64,000 nt of DNA from an uncultured delta proteobacterium (GTDB taxonomy: Bacteria; Desulfobacterota; Desulfobaccia; Desulfobaccales; 0-14-0-80-60-11). Location of the stretch: contig CAWETI010000003.1 of assembly GCA_963812015.1 (NCBI GenBank), forward strand, positions 960,001 through 1,024,000, in the 5' to 3' direction. Positions 19,986 through 30,976 of this stretch are shown here, in pieces. Numbering within the stretch: the stretch's first letter is position 1; the number at the start of each line of letters is the position of its first letter. Below the pieces are notes generated by a model that saw nothing but the letters and a program-made list of their open reading frames with translations, did not search any database and had not been told where the DNA came from. Made by a program: the position numbers and the translations under genes.

Positions 19986-20732
19986 ATGGACCTTCGAAGA
20001 AACATCCGCCTCCTCCTGGAGTACGACGGCACCCGTTATCACGGGTGGCAGCGCCAGGCGGATACCCTGACGATTCAGGAGGTGCTGGAAGCGGCGGTGG
20101 CGCGGCTGACGGGGGAAGGGATCGCCCTCATCGGCTCGGGGCGCACCGACGCCGGGGTTCACGCCCTGGGCCAGGTGGCCAATTTCCGCACCATAAGCGC
20201 CATCCCCCTCAAGGCTTTTCATCAAGGCTTGAACTCCCTGCTCCCCAAAGACATCGCGGTGCTGGAGGCAAGTGAAGCGCCGCCGGAGTTTCACGCCCGG
20301 AAATCGGCCTGGGCCAAGACCTATGAGTACCGTATCCTCAACCGCCCCACACGCTCACCCCTTTATCACCACTACGCCTGGTGGATCGACCCGCCCCTGG
20401 ACCTGGTCGCCATGGCCGGGGCCGCCGCGGCTCTACCGGGTGAGCATGATTTTACCGCCTTCAGGGCCAGCGGCAGCGACAATCAAAATCCCGTGCGCCG
20501 GGTGCTGGCGGCTGATTGGCGTGACTTTCCCGGGGGGTGGCTGAGTTTTAGCATCACCGGGACCGGGTTCTTACGGGGCATGGTGCGGAGCCTGGTGGGC
20601 ACCATGGCGGATGTCGGCAAGGGCAAGGCGGCTCCGGAGTTGCTGGCGGAGTTGCTCAAGAGCGGCGAGCGCCACCTGGCCGGACCCACGGCGCCGCCCC
20701 AGGGGCTCTATCTGGTGGAAGTGAGGTATTGA
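19986..20732 (+). CDS. truA: tRNA pseudouridine(38-40) synthase
   Basis: YDGT.YHGWQ.Q, GRTDAGVHA.GQ, FHAR, HDF.AF, FL.GMVR, TAP..GLYL. Confidence 0.97.
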   Translation: MDLRRNIRLLLEYDGTRYHGWQRQADTLTIQEVLEAAVARLTGEGIALIGSGRTDAGVHALGQVANFRTISAIPLKAFHQGLNSLLPKDIAVLEASEAPPEFHARKSAWAKTYEYRILNRPTRSPLYHHYAWWIDPPLDLVAMAGAAAALPGEHDFTAFRASGSDNQNPVRRVLAADWRDFPGGWLSFSITGTGFLRGMVRSLVGTMADVGKGKAAPELLAELLKSGERHLAGPTAPPQGLYLVEVRY

Positions 20733-20841
20733 GGTCAGGGGCCTCGGCGCCAGATAGCCGCGCATGCAGGCTCCATGGAATAAATTTAGGTCAAGGCTTC
20801 GCTTGGTCTTCCCTCCCAAAAAGATTGTGATATAATTCGCT

Positions 20842-21762
20842 ATGCCTGGACCGCAGCACGTGGAGCCTGCCCCCGCGGTCCCCAAGGATCATATGGAAGC
20901 CGACCAGCCCCAACCCGACGCCGAATCTAAACCGGAACTGAATATCATTCAGGCCATCGAGCTGGCCATCGCCCATGAGACCGAGGCCCGGAAGAGCTAT
21001 CTGTCCCTGTCCCAGGAGACCGACGATCTAGAGCTCAGGACCCTCCTGAAAGAAATCGCCATGGAAGAGGCCAGCCATGAGGCGTCGCTCCGGAGCCGCC
21101 TGCGCCTCTACCAGGAGCGGCACGTGCTCCGGGACACCTTCTCCCGTTATGTGAGTCCGGAGTTGTGCGAAGAGATCTTGAAGAATCCGGGGCTGCTGGC
21201 CCTGGGGGGGCGGCGCCAGCAGGTGACGGTGCTCTTTGCCGATATCCGCAATTTTACCAGCATGTCGGAATCCCTGGCCCCGGAAGCCGTGGTGGAGGTG
21301 CTCAACACCTATTTTACCGCGATGGTGGATTTGGTATTTCACTATCAGGGGACCCTGGATAAGTTTGTGGGAGATGCCCTGATGGCGGTGTTCGGGGTGC
21401 CGCTGCCCCTCCCCCAGGCCGCGGACCGGGCGGTGGAATGCGCCCTGGCCATGCAGCGCCACCTGAGGCAGATGCAGGCCGCAGGTAAGACCCCCATTCA
21501 GGGCATGCGCATCGGTATCAACACTGGGGAGGCCATCGTGGGCAACATCGGCTCCGCCAAGCGCATGGACTTCACCGTGGTGGGGGACGCGGTCAACGTG
21601 GCCGCCCGGCTTCAGGAACTGGCCAAAGAGCTGGAAGCCGACACCCTCATCAGCGAGGCCACCTTTCGGGAACTGGGGGGGAAGTTTGAGGCGGCCCCCG
21701 AGCCCGCGGTGGTGCTGCGAGGTCGCAAGGAACCGACGCCCATCTATCGCCTCGAAGCTTGA
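20842..21762 (+). CDS. Adenylate cyclase with N-terminal rubrerythrin/ferritin-like helix pair
   Basis: N-terminal AI..E..A...Y..EEASH; FADIRNFT, DKFVGD, DFTVVGDAVNVAARLQ. Confidence 0.88.
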   Translation: MPGPQHVEPAPAVPKDHMEADQPQPDAESKPELNIIQAIELAIAHETEARKSYLSLSQETDDLELRTLLKEIAMEEASHEASLRSRLRLYQERHVLRDTFSRYVSPELCEEILKNPGLLALGGRRQQVTVLFADIRNFTSMSESLAPEAVVEVLNTYFTAMVDLVFHYQGTLDKFVGDALMAVFGVPLPLPQAADRAVECALAMQRHLRQMQAAGKTPIQGMRIGINTGEAIVGNIGSAKRMDFTVVGDAVNVAARLQELAKELEADTLISEATFRELGGKFEAAPEPAVVLRGRKEPTPIYRLEA

Positions 21763-21823
21763 GGCAGGAAAAGGCGCGGCTTCCCATGGTTGAGGCAAAA
21801 AAACGGGTTCGTGAAAAATGTTA

Positions 21824-21885
21824 TTGACAAGTGTCGAGAGATGATTTATTGTGAGAATCTGGATAGCATGTGAATTTTTTCACAT
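21824..21885 (+). promoter_or_regulatory. sat promoter with Rex-type operator
   Basis: TTGACA-N17-TATTGT (21824-21852) followed by perfect dyad ATGTGAA-TTTT-TTCACAT (21868-21885). Confidence 0.8.
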
Positions 21886-21953
21886 TATTCCTGTAACTTA
21901 CCCGTAACTTAAGTTTCTGACAAAAAACTCTTACAGCCCGAGGAGGGAAATAG

Positions 21954-23189
21954 ATGGCTTTGGTAAACCCACACGGTAAAGAGAAGAAGTTAAAACCCTT
22001 ACTGCTTTCGCCGACTCAGATCGCCGAAGAAAAAAAGCGGGCCAAGGAATTGACGGTAGTCACCATGACCTCCCGGGAAACGGCCGACCTCATCATGATG
22101 GGGATCGGCGGCTTCACCCCCCTGGACGGTTTCATGGGCCACGATGACTGGAAAGGCTCCTGCAGCGATGCTATGAAGCTGACGGACGGCACCTTCTGGC
22201 CCATCCCCGTCACCATGTCCGTCAACCAGGGCAAAGCCGACTCCATCAAGGTCGGCCAGGAAGTGCTGCTGGTGGACGAAGAGACGGAAGAGATGATGGG
22301 GACCATGAAGGTCACCGAGAAGTACAAGGTTGACAAAAAGTGGGAATGCAAGCAGGTCTTCACCACCGATGAGATGGACCACCCGGGCGTGCAGATGGTC
22401 ATGGGCCAGGAAGCAGTCAACCTGGCGGGCACCGTCAAGGTCTGGAGTGAAGGCCCCTTTCCGAAACTGTATCCCGGTCTCTATATGCGGCCTTGGGAAA
22501 CCCGGAAGATGTTTGAGGACAAGGGCTGGAACACCATTGCCGCCCTGCAGCTCCGGAACCCCATGCACCGCTCCCACGAGTACCTGGCCAAGATTGCCAT
22601 CGAGGTCTGCGACGGCATTCTGATCCACCAGCTCCTGGGCAAACTGAAACCCGGCGACATCCCCGCGGAAGTGCGCACCGAGGCCATCAACGTCCTCACC
22701 CAGTACTACTTCGTGAAAGACACCAGCATCCAGTCCGGCTATCCCCTGGATATGCGCTATGCCGGTCCCCGGGAAGCGTTGTTCCACGCGGTGTTCCGCC
22801 AGAATTTCGGCTGCTCCCACCTGATCGTCGGCCGTGACCACGCCGGCGTGGGCGAGTACTACGGCCCCTTCGACGCCCAGAAGATCTTCACCACGATCCC
22901 CAAGGACGCCCTGGAGCTGAAACCCCTGAACATCGACTGGACCTTCTATTGCCACAAGTGCGACGGCATGGCCTCCATGCGCACCTGCTGCCACGGCAAG
23001 GAAGACCGCCTGATGCTGTCCGGCACCATGCTGCGCAAGATGCTGTCCGAAGACATGGAAGTGCCGGATCACTTCAGCCGCCCCGAAGTCCTGACCGTCC
23101 TCCGGAAGTATTACCGGGGCCTCACCGAGAAAGTGGAAGTCAAGGTGCACGGCTTCGCCACCGGCGACATCTCGGGGAAGAAAAAGTAG
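21954..23189 (+). CDS. sat: Sulfate adenylyltransferase
   Basis: [34 protein letters not shown]. Confidence 0.98.
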   Translation: MALVNPHGKEKKLKPLLLSPTQIAEEKKRAKELTVVTMTSRETADLIMMGIGGFTPLDGFMGHDDWKGSCSDAMKLTDGTFWPIPVTMSVNQGKADSIKVGQEVLLVDEETEEMMGTMKVTEKYKVDKKWECKQVFTTDEMDHPGVQMVMGQEAVNLAGTVKVWSEGPFPKLYPGLYMRPWETRKMFEDKGWNTIAALQLRNPMHRSHEYLAKIAIEVCDGILIHQLLGKLKPGDIPAEVRTEAINVLTQYYFVKDTSIQSGYPLDMRYAGPREALFHAVFRQNFGCSHLIVGRDHAGVGEYYGPFDAQKIFTTIPKDALELKPLNIDWTFYCHKCDGMASMRTCCHGKEDRLMLSGTMLRKMLSEDMEVPDHFSRPEVLTVLRKYYRGLTEKVEVKVHGFATGDISGKKK

Positions 23190-23295
23190 TGTAGAGTAAG
23201 GTGGTGCAGGGGCGGAAGCACTCTTCCGCCTCTCACCGCATAATGCAGGTATATAACAAGATAACTGCTTAACCCTAATGAGGAGGTTTTACGTT

Positions 23296-23721
23296 ATGCC
23301 GAGTTTCGTAATCGTGGAAAAATGTGACGGCTGTAAAGCCCTGGACAAGACTGCTTGCCAGTACATCTGCCCCAATGACCTGATGGTCCTGGAACCCGAA
23401 CAAAAGAAGGCTTACAACCAGGAACCGGATCAGTGCTGGGAATGCTACAACTGCGTGAAGATCTGCCCCCAGCAGGCCATCGAAGTCCGCCACTATGCGG
23501 ACATCATGCCCCTGGGCTCCAGCACCATCCCGCTGCGCGGCAGCGACAACATCATGTGGACCATCAAATTCCGGGACCAGAAGACCATCAAGCGGTTCAA
23601 GTTCCCCATCCGGACCACGGCGGAAGGGTCCATCGATTGCTTCAAGGGCAAAACCTTGCCCACCGACATGGCCGGCCTGAAGAAACCCGGTTTCTACACC
23701 GGCGCGGCCCGCCCCGAGTAG
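23296..23721 (+). CDS. aprB: Adenylylsulfate reductase beta subunit
   Basis: MPSFV..CDGC....TACQYICPNDLM, CWECYNCVKICPQ; start after an AGGAGG RBS. Confidence 0.97.
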   Translation: MPSFVIVEKCDGCKALDKTACQYICPNDLMVLEPEQKKAYNQEPDQCWECYNCVKICPQQAIEVRHYADIMPLGSSTIPLRGSDNIMWTIKFRDQKTIKRFKFPIRTTAEGSIDCFKGKTLPTDMAGLKKPGFYTGAARPE

Positions 23722-23759
23722 TCTCCACCGCAGCGAAAATTTAAGGAGGACACTGAGAT

Positions 23760-25724
23760 ATGGCTCTGGAAAGAGAATTTTGTAAATGGTCTTTTTGTGC
23801 GAAACCGGAAGTAGTCACTGTTGAAACCGACCTGCTGCTGGTAGGCGGTGGCATGGCTTGCACCGGCGCCGCGGTTGAAGCATCTGCCTGGGCGAAAGCC
23901 GCCGGGCTGAAGGTCACCCTGGTTGACAAAGCCGCCCTGGATCGCTCCGGCGCGGTAGCTATGGGTCTGTCCGCCATCAACACCTACATCGGTTCGGAAA
24001 ACAAAATAGCTGATTATGTGAACATGGTGCGCACCGACCTCATGGGCATCATCCGGGAAGACTTGGTCTACAGCGTGGGCGCCCACGTCGACCAGACCGT
24101 GCATGACTTCCAGGATTGGGGCCTGCCCATCTGGCAGAAAGACAACGAAGGCCACACCGTTGACGGCCAGGTCGCCAGAGACGAGGGCCTGCCCCTCCTG
24201 AAAGACGGCGGTAAGTGCGTCCGCTCCGGCCGTTGGCAGTGCATGATCAACGGTGAGTCCTACAAGGTGATCGTGGCCGAAGCCGCCAAGAACGCCCTGG
24301 GGATGGACAACATTTACGAGCGCGTCTTCATCGTCAAACTGCTCACCGACAAGAACAACAGCAACCGCGTATGCGGGGCCGTGGGTTTTAGCGTGCGTGA
24401 GCACAAGACCTATGTCTTCAAATGCAAGGCCATGATCATCGCCTGCGGCGGTGTGGTCAACGTCTTCCGGCCCCGGTCGGTGGGTGAAGGCCAGGGTCGT
24501 GCCTGGTACCCCGTATGGAACGCCGGCTCCACCTACGCCATGCCCGCCGAAATCGGCGCCAAGATGGTGCTGATGGAAAACCGTTTCGTCCCCGCCCGCT
24601 TTAAGGATGGTTACGGCCCGGTCGGCGCCTGGTTCCTGTTCTTCAAGGCCCAGGCCACCAACGCTTACGGCGAAGATTACATGGCCAAAAACTGGGACCG
24701 GGTCAAGAAAGAGTACCCCGGTTATGCCGATAATCCCGGCACCTGCCTGCGGAACCACGCGGCGATGATCGAAATGCGGGAAGGCCGCGGCCCCATCATG
24801 ATGCACACCGACAAGGCCATGGCGAAGCTGGCCGAAACCCTGAGCAAGAAAGAGCTCAAGCATCTGGAAGCCGAAGCCTGGGAAGACTTTCTGGATATGT
24901 CCATCTCCGCCGCCTGTCTGTGGGCTTCCTTCAACATGGAGCCCGACAAGATGCCGTCGGAAATCATCCCCTCCGAGCCTTACCTGCTCGGTTCGCATGC
25001 CGGCTGCGCCGGTCTGTGGGTCTCCGGTCCCGCCAAGAACTACATGGGCGCGCCCGACAGCTGGTTCTGGGGCTATGACCGCATGACCACCGTTGACGGC
25101 CTGTTCACCGCCGGTGATGGCGTCGGCGCCTCCGGGCACAAGTTCTCCTCCGGGGCCCACGCTGAGGGCCGCATGGCCGCCAAGGGCGCCCTGGCCTTCA
25201 TCCTGGACCACAAGAACGACAAGCTGGAAGCGGCGCAGAACATCGACGAAGTCATCGCCGAGATCTACCTGCCCTTCGAGATCTTCGAGAAGTACAAAGG
25301 CTACACCACCGCCCCGGAGATCAACCCCAACTACCTGATGCCCAAGCAGGTCCAGACCCGCTTGCAGAAGCTGATGGACGAATACGTGGCGGGCTGCTCC
25401 ACCATGTATATGTGTAACAAACCCAGCCTGGAAGAGGGCCTGAAGCGCCTCACCCTGCTGAAAGAAGACGCGACCCGGTTGGCCGCTCGGGACCTGCACG
25501 AACTGATGCGGGCCTGGGAAAATTATCACCGGATCCTCTCCGGTGAGGCCCACCTGCGCCACATCCTGTTCCGGGAAGAGAGCCGTTATCCTGGCTACTA
25601 CTACCGCTCCGACTTCCTGAGCATCGATGACAACAAGTGGAGGGTGTTCACCATCTCCCAGTACGACAAGAACAAGAACGAGTGGAAGTTCGAGACCGAG
25701 CCTTACAAGCAGCTGATTAAGTAA
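23760..25724 (+). CDS. aprA: Adenylylsulfate reductase alpha subunit
   Basis: RSGAVAMGLSAINTY, GEGQGRAWYPVWNAGS, RFKDGYGPVGAWFL, GHKFSSG. Confidence 0.98.
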   Translation: MALEREFCKWSFCAKPEVVTVETDLLLVGGGMACTGAAVEASAWAKAAGLKVTLVDKAALDRSGAVAMGLSAINTYIGSENKIADYVNMVRTDLMGIIREDLVYSVGAHVDQTVHDFQDWGLPIWQKDNEGHTVDGQVARDEGLPLLKDGGKCVRSGRWQCMINGESYKVIVAEAAKNALGMDNIYERVFIVKLLTDKNNSNRVCGAVGFSVREHKTYVFKCKAMIIACGGVVNVFRPRSVGEGQGRAWYPVWNAGSTYAMPAEIGAKMVLMENRFVPARFKDGYGPVGAWFLFFKAQATNAYGEDYMAKNWDRVKKEYPGYADNPGTCLRNHAAMIEMREGRGPIMMHTDKAMAKLAETLSKKELKHLEAEAWEDFLDMSISAACLWASFNMEPDKMPSEIIPSEPYLLGSHAGCAGLWVSGPAKNYMGAPDSWFWGYDRMTTVDGLFTAGDGVGASGHKFSSGAHAEGRMAAKGALAFILDHKNDKLEAAQNIDEVIAEIYLPFEIFEKYKGYTTAPEINPNYLMPKQVQTRLQKLMDEYVAGCSTMYMCNKPSLEEGLKRLTLLKEDATRLAARDLHELMRAWENYHRILSGEAHLRHILFREESRYPGYYYRSDFLSIDDNKWRVFTISQYDKNKNEWKFETEPYKQLIK

Positions 25725-25738
25725 GAACGGCTAGGTTC

Positions 25739-25820
25739 CGGGGCTTCGGGTGATCCCGAAGCCCCGGGCTGTTTTTTGGCCGTGGTCTCAGGCCCTCCGG
25801 CCAGCCACGGCCAATTTTTT
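25739..25820 (+). terminator. Hairpins after aprA (terminator/stabiliser)
   Basis: GGGGCTTCGGG-TGAT-CCCGAAGCCCC, then TTGGCCGTGG..CCACGGCCAA followed by a T-run. Confidence 0.6.
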
Positions 25821-25977
25821 GAGGGATGCATCACCATCCCCCCACCAGAGCGACGTTTTTCCTTGAACCCATATTCACAATGTATTATAGAATGAGAAAG
25901 TGGGTCTCAGGGCCTGGGCCGGAGCCGAGACTCGGCCAATGCTCTGGATCGCTTCAATGTCCCCAAGGAGGACTTGT

Positions 25978-27237
25978 GTGAACGCCGATAACAAAATTCT
26001 GGTCATCGGGGGAGGCATGAGCGGCCTCACCGCAGCCCTGGAGGCGGCGGAAGCCGGGTCTCAGGTGATCATCACCGAGGCGGGCCCGTACCTGGGCGGC
26101 CGGGTTGCCCAACTCCACCGATACTTCCCCAAGCTCTGCCCTCCCACGTGCGGTTTGGAAATCAACTTTCGCCGGATCAAAGAAAATCCCAACATCAGCT
26201 TTTACACCATGGCGGAAGTGACCCAGGTCAGCGGCAGCGCCGGCAATTTCGACGTCACCGTAAAGGTGCACCCCCGCTATGTCAATGATCGCTGTGTGGC
26301 GTGTCATGCCTGTGCGGAAGCGTGTCCCCAGTGGCGGGTAAACGATTTTAACTACGGTCTGGACAAGACCAAAGCGGCCTATCTGCCCTATGATATGGCC
26401 TTCCCCCAGCAATACGTCATCGACAAGAGCGTGTGCAGCGGCGACTGCGGCCAGAAGTGCCTGGAGGCCTGCAAGTACGACGCCATTGAGCTGCACATGA
26501 AACCCCAGACTTTGAATTTCAACGTGGGCGCCATCATCATGTCCAGCGGCTGGGAACTCTACGATGCCACCAAGATGGACAATCTGGGGTTCGGCCAGGT
26601 GGCCAACGTCATCACCAACATGCAGATGGAGCGCCTGGCGGCGTCCAACGGCCCCACCGGCGGCCAGATTCTCAGGCCCAGCGACCAGCAGCCGCCTAAG
26701 AAGGTGGCTTTTGTGCAGTGCGCCGGCTCCCGGGATGAAAACCATCTGCCGTATTGTTCCTATATCTGCTGCATGGCCTCTCTGAAGCAGGCCACCTACG
26801 TGCGGGAAAAGGCCCCGGAGGCCGAGGTTTATATCTTTTATATCGATATCCGGACCCCGGGCCGCTACGAGCAGTTTTACTGGAAGGTCCGGGACGATGA
26901 ACATGTCCATCTGATTAGGGGTAAGGTGGCCAAGATCACCCAGGAACCCGGGACCGACAACGTCGTGGTGGTGGCGGAAAATACCGCCACGGGCGACAAG
27001 CAGAGCATGGTTTTCGATATGGTGGTCCTGGCGGCGGGCATGGTGCCCTCCACCAAAGCCTCCCCCTTCCCCCTGCCGTTGTCTTACACCCCGGATGGCT
27101 TCGTCATTCAGGACCTGTTGCCGCCGGGAGTTTACGCTGTGGGAACTTTGAAGGGCCCCCTGGATGTGACCAAGTCGGTGCAGGATGGCACCGGGGCCGC
27201 CCTTAAGAGTCTCATCGCCCTGGGCAGGAGGTCATGA
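25978..27237 (+). CDS. qmoA: QmoA (HdrA-like)
   Basis: GGGMSG FAD motif, YFPKLCPPTCG, QCAGSRD..LPYCS.ICC; GTG start after AGGAGG; follows aprA. Confidence 0.93.
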   Translation: MNADNKILVIGGGMSGLTAALEAAEAGSQVIITEAGPYLGGRVAQLHRYFPKLCPPTCGLEINFRRIKENPNISFYTMAEVTQVSGSAGNFDVTVKVHPRYVNDRCVACHACAEACPQWRVNDFNYGLDKTKAAYLPYDMAFPQQYVIDKSVCSGDCGQKCLEACKYDAIELHMKPQTLNFNVGAIIMSSGWELYDATKMDNLGFGQVANVITNMQMERLAASNGPTGGQILRPSDQQPPKKVAFVQCAGSRDENHLPYCSYICCMASLKQATYVREKAPEAEVYIFYIDIRTPGRYEQFYWKVRDDEHVHLIRGKVAKITQEPGTDNVVVVAENTATGDKQSMVFDMVVLAAGMVPSTKASPFPLPLSYTPDGFVIQDLLPPGVYAVGTLKGPLDVTKSVQDGTGAALKSLIALGRRS

Positions 27238-29408
27238 TGGAAATCGAAAAGAAATACGGCGTATATTTGTGCAAGGGCTGTGGCATCGCCGAGGCCATAG
27301 ATTTTGAGAGCCTCACCAAGGTGATCAAAAAATCGGGGAAGATCCAGCACATCAAAGAAGCTGACATCCTCTGCAGCCCCGAGGGCCGGGCCCTGATCCT
27401 GGAAGACCTCAAGCCGGAAGGCGAGGGCATCAATGCCATCGTCGTGGCGGCCTGCTCGCCCCGGGTGAAATACGAAGAGTTTGATTTCCCCAATGTCCTG
27501 GTGGAGCGCTGCAACATCCGGGAGCAGGTGGCCTGGACCCAGGAACCCAACAACGAGCATACCCAGGCCCTGGCGGAAGACTATCTGCGCATGGCCTGCG
27601 CCCGCATCAAGAAGGTCGAGATGCCGGAGCCGTACCAGACCGAATGCGACAAGACCATCCTGGTCATCGGCGGCGGCACCGCGGGCTTAAGCGCCGCCCT
27701 GCAAGCGGCCAACAACGGCTACTCGGTGGTCCTGGTGGAGAAAGAGGCCCAGCTGGGCGGGTTCGCCGCCAGGATGTACCGGCAGACGCCTTCCAGCTAC
27801 CCCTACACCACCCTCCAGGAGCCCGTGGTCTTCAAGCAGATCCAGGAAGTCCAGAGTCACCCCAGAATCAAGGTGATGACCGCGGCGACCCTGGAGAAAC
27901 TCGATGGGCAGCCGGGTCTGTTGGACGCCGACATCAAGGTGGGCGGCGACCTGGAGACCCTCAGGGTGGGCACCGTGGTCATGGCGGCCGGTTGGAAGCC
28001 CTATGATGCCACCAAGCTCACCAAGCTGGGCTACGGCTTGTCTAAAGACGTGATCACCAATATCGAGATGGAGGAGATGGCCAAGGCGGGCAAGATCGTG
28101 CGGCCCTCCGACGGCAAAGCCCCCGAATCGGTGGCCTTCATTCAATGCGCCGGTTCCCGGGACCCGGACCATCTCCCCTACTGCTCCGACTTCTGCTGCA
28201 CGGCCTCCCTGAAGCAGGCCCTGTATGTCCGGGAGCAGAACCCCAACGCCATCGCCTATATCCTCTACAAGGATATCCGCACCCCGGGACAGATGGAGCT
28301 GTTCTACAAGCAGGTGCAGAGCGACCCCGGCGTCATGCTCACCAAGGCGGAGATCGCCGAAGTGGGCCTCGGTGACGGCGGCAAACTCCGGATCAGCGCC
28401 ACCGACACCCTGTTGGGGGCAAACGTGATCTTCGAGGCCGATCTGGTGGTCCTGGCCACCGGCATGGTCCCGGCGACTGCGGACGAGGCGGTGCTCAACC
28501 TCGGCTACCGTCAGGGACCGAATTTGCCCGACCTGGAGTTGTTCAGCGGTTTCGCCGACTCCAACTTCATCTGCTTCCCGTACGAAACCCGGCGGACCGG
28601 CATTTTTGCCGCCGGCTGCGTCCACCAGCCCATGAACATGGCCATGGCCGTGGAGGACGGCGTCGGTGCCGCCTGCAAGGCCATTCAGGCCGCGGAGCAC
28701 GTCGCCGCAGGGATGGCGGTGTCTCCCCGGGCCTGGGACATTACCTTCCCGGACCCGTTCATGCAGCGCTGCACTTCCTGTAAGCGGTGCACCGAGGAAT
28801 GTCCCTTCGGCGCCATCGAAGAAGATGAAAAAGGCACGCCCTTTTTCAAGATCAACCGCTGCCGCCGGTGCGCCACCTGCATGGGGGCCTGTCCGGAGCG
28901 CATCGTTTCCTTTAAGGACTACAGCGTTGACCAAATCGGCTCCATGCTCAAGAGTCTGGATGTCCCGGAAATCGAGGATGAGGACGATCCCCTGGCGCCT
29001 CTCCGGGTCATCGGCCTGGTGTGCGAAAACGACGCCTACCCGGCCCTGGACGCCGCGGCCCTGCATAAGCTGCACCTGAACCCGATGATCCGGTTCATCT
29101 CGCTGCGCTGCCTGGGGTCCTTCAACATGGTGTGGGTCTCCGACGCCTTCTCCCGGGGCATTGACGGCATCATTCTCCTGGGCTGCAAGCACGGGGACGA
29201 CTATCAATGCCACTTCGCCAAAGGCAGCGAGCTCTGCGAATACCGTATGAGCAAGTTGTCAGAGACCCTGGATAAATTGGGCCTGGAAGCAGACCGGGTG
29301 ATACAGTACCAGATCGGCCATTCCGACTTCGACCTCCTGCCCAAGCTTCTTGACGACTTTGTGGCCCGGGTGCGAGAGATCGGCCCCAACCCCTTCAAGG
29401 AATTATAG
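27234..29408 (+). CDS. qmoB: QmoB (HdrA-like fused to MvhD-like domain)
   Basis: NFICFPYETRRTGI, two ferredoxin motifs, CENDAYPALD, GCKHGDDYQCHF. Confidence 0.95.
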   Translation: MMEIEKKYGVYLCKGCGIAEAIDFESLTKVIKKSGKIQHIKEADILCSPEGRALILEDLKPEGEGINAIVVAACSPRVKYEEFDFPNVLVERCNIREQVAWTQEPNNEHTQALAEDYLRMACARIKKVEMPEPYQTECDKTILVIGGGTAGLSAALQAANNGYSVVLVEKEAQLGGFAARMYRQTPSSYPYTTLQEPVVFKQIQEVQSHPRIKVMTAATLEKLDGQPGLLDADIKVGGDLETLRVGTVVMAAGWKPYDATKLTKLGYGLSKDVITNIEMEEMAKAGKIVRPSDGKAPESVAFIQCAGSRDPDHLPYCSDFCCTASLKQALYVREQNPNAIAYILYKDIRTPGQMELFYKQVQSDPGVMLTKAEIAEVGLGDGGKLRISATDTLLGANVIFEADLVVLATGMVPATADEAVLNLGYRQGPNLPDLELFSGFADSNFICFPYETRRTGIFAAGCVHQPMNMAMAVEDGVGAACKAIQAAEHVAAGMAVSPRAWDITFPDPFMQRCTSCKRCTEECPFGAIEEDEKGTPFFKINRCRRCATCMGACPERIVSFKDYSVDQIGSMLKSLDVPEIEDEDDPLAPLRVIGLVCENDAYPALDAAALHKLHLNPMIRFISLRCLGSFNMVWVSDAFSRGIDGIILLGCKHGDDYQCHFAKGSELCEYRMSKLSETLDKLGLEADRVIQYQIGHSDFDLLPKLLDDFVARVREIGPNPFKEL

Positions 29409-29420
29409 GAGGTATGATCC

Positions 29421-30536
29421 ATGGCAGGTGAAATTCTCATTAAACCGGACCTCCAATTCGTGAAGCGGGTGATGGCCGCCGGGGGGGACACGGTCAAGAA
29501 GTGTTACCAATGTGATACCTGTTCGGTGGTGTGTAACCTCACCCCCGATCAGAAGCCCTTTCCCCGGAAGGAGATGCTTCAGGCCCAGTGGGGTCTGAAG
29601 GAGGTGCTCCAGGACCCGGATATCTGGCTGTGCCACCAGTGCAGCGACTGCACCGTCTTGTGCCCCCGGGGCGCCAAGCCCGGTGAGGTCTTGGGCGTGC
29701 TCCGGCAGATGACCATCGAGCAGTATGCCACGCCGCCGGTGGTAGCCAAGGCGGTGGGGGACCCCAAGTTCCTGCCGTTGCTCATCGCCTTTCCGATGCT
29801 GCTGCTGCTGCTGGCCCTGAAGGCCACCGGCCACTGGAACATCCCGGAAGGGCCCATCGTTTACTCACACTTTTTCCCCACCCTGCTGGTGGACTTCATC
29901 TTTGTCCCCACCTTCTTCTTTGCCGTGGCGGTGCTGGCCAAAGGCGCCCTGGCCTACTGGCAGGACATCAATGCTCCTCACCCCTGGCGGGTAAAAGTGG
30001 AAGGCAACCTGGTGGGCAACCTGATCGCCACTTTGAAAGATATCTTGTTTCACAACCGCTTCCGGCAATGCGAAGTTACCTATAACCGTTCCACCAACCA
30101 CCTGTTCTTGGTGTTCGGGTTTATCTTTCTGTTAGTGGTAACCACGTGGGGGTTCCTCAATGAGTGGGTGTTACATCACGAATCCCCCTACTTTCTGTTA
30201 TCACCGATAAAACTCCTGGCCATGGCGGGAACCGCGTCCTTGCTCTATGGGATCTGGAACATCATCAAAGAGCGCCAGGCCAACGCCGAAAAGGCGGGAT
30301 ACGGCTCCTACTATGACTGGTTCCTGATCTACGTGATCTTTGTAGTGGGCGCCACCGGATTGCTCTCCTGGCTGTTCCGCCTGGTGGGCCTGCGGGTTCT
30401 GGCCTACCCCACCTACTTCCTGCACCTGACGGCGATCTTCATGCTGTTCTTCTACGCCCCGTACACCAAGCTGGCCCACATCGTCTACCGCACCGTGGCC
30501 ATGCTCCATGCCCGCATGTCGGGCCGGGGCTTCTAA
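29421..30536 (+). CDS. qmoC: QmoC (Fe-S plus membrane heme b subunit)
   Basis: CYQCDTCSVVC, WLCHQCSDC...CPRGAKPG, TM helices, PYTKLAH. Confidence 0.95.
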   Translation: MAGEILIKPDLQFVKRVMAAGGDTVKKCYQCDTCSVVCNLTPDQKPFPRKEMLQAQWGLKEVLQDPDIWLCHQCSDCTVLCPRGAKPGEVLGVLRQMTIEQYATPPVVAKAVGDPKFLPLLIAFPMLLLLLALKATGHWNIPEGPIVYSHFFPTLLVDFIFVPTFFFAVAVLAKGALAYWQDINAPHPWRVKVEGNLVGNLIATLKDILFHNRFRQCEVTYNRSTNHLFLVFGFIFLLVVTTWGFLNEWVLHHESPYFLLSPIKLLAMAGTASLLYGIWNIIKERQANAEKAGYGSYYDWFLIYVIFVVGATGLLSWLFRLVGLRVLAYPTYFLHLTAIFMLFFYAPYTKLAHIVYRTVAMLHARMSGRGF

Positions 30537-30562
30537 CCGCCTCAACCGGCACGTGAAACCCA

Positions 30563-30595
30563 GCCGGCCCCCATTGCGGGGGCCGGTTTTTTTTT
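30563..30595 (+). terminator. Intrinsic terminator after qmoC
   Basis: GCCGGCCCCC-ATTGC-GGGGGCCGG followed by T9. Confidence 0.85.
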
Positions 30596-30976
30596 GAACT
30601 GATGGGTGGGCAAATTATTGAAAAACCATGGGAGCGCGGCCCGTTCCTGGGCTAAGAAATTGGTGGGCAATTTGATGGCAGGGTTCACAGCAAGAGAGCC
30701 CACAAACACGATTTCTGATAATTTGTGGGGTATACCTAGTCCACAAACCTGGCCACCCCGGATCGATGCCGCAGGACGGATTTGCCGGGCGGGGTCGGCA
30801 CCCACCTGGTATCTGGCCAGCCCCGACGCCCGCCGGCGATGTCCGGAGCCGGAGCCGGCTCGATGCTCCCAGGGTTTATGACTGGGCCGCCTTCTCTGCC
30901 AAGTGGCGCTTACCGATCCGCAACCGGGATTCGGCCTGCCTTTCCTTGGTCAGAGGGCGTTTTCAGATCGCCGCGG

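Noticed and set aside
25861..25895. Possible second Rex site before qmoA (..TTCACAA)
   Set aside because: Only one good half-site.
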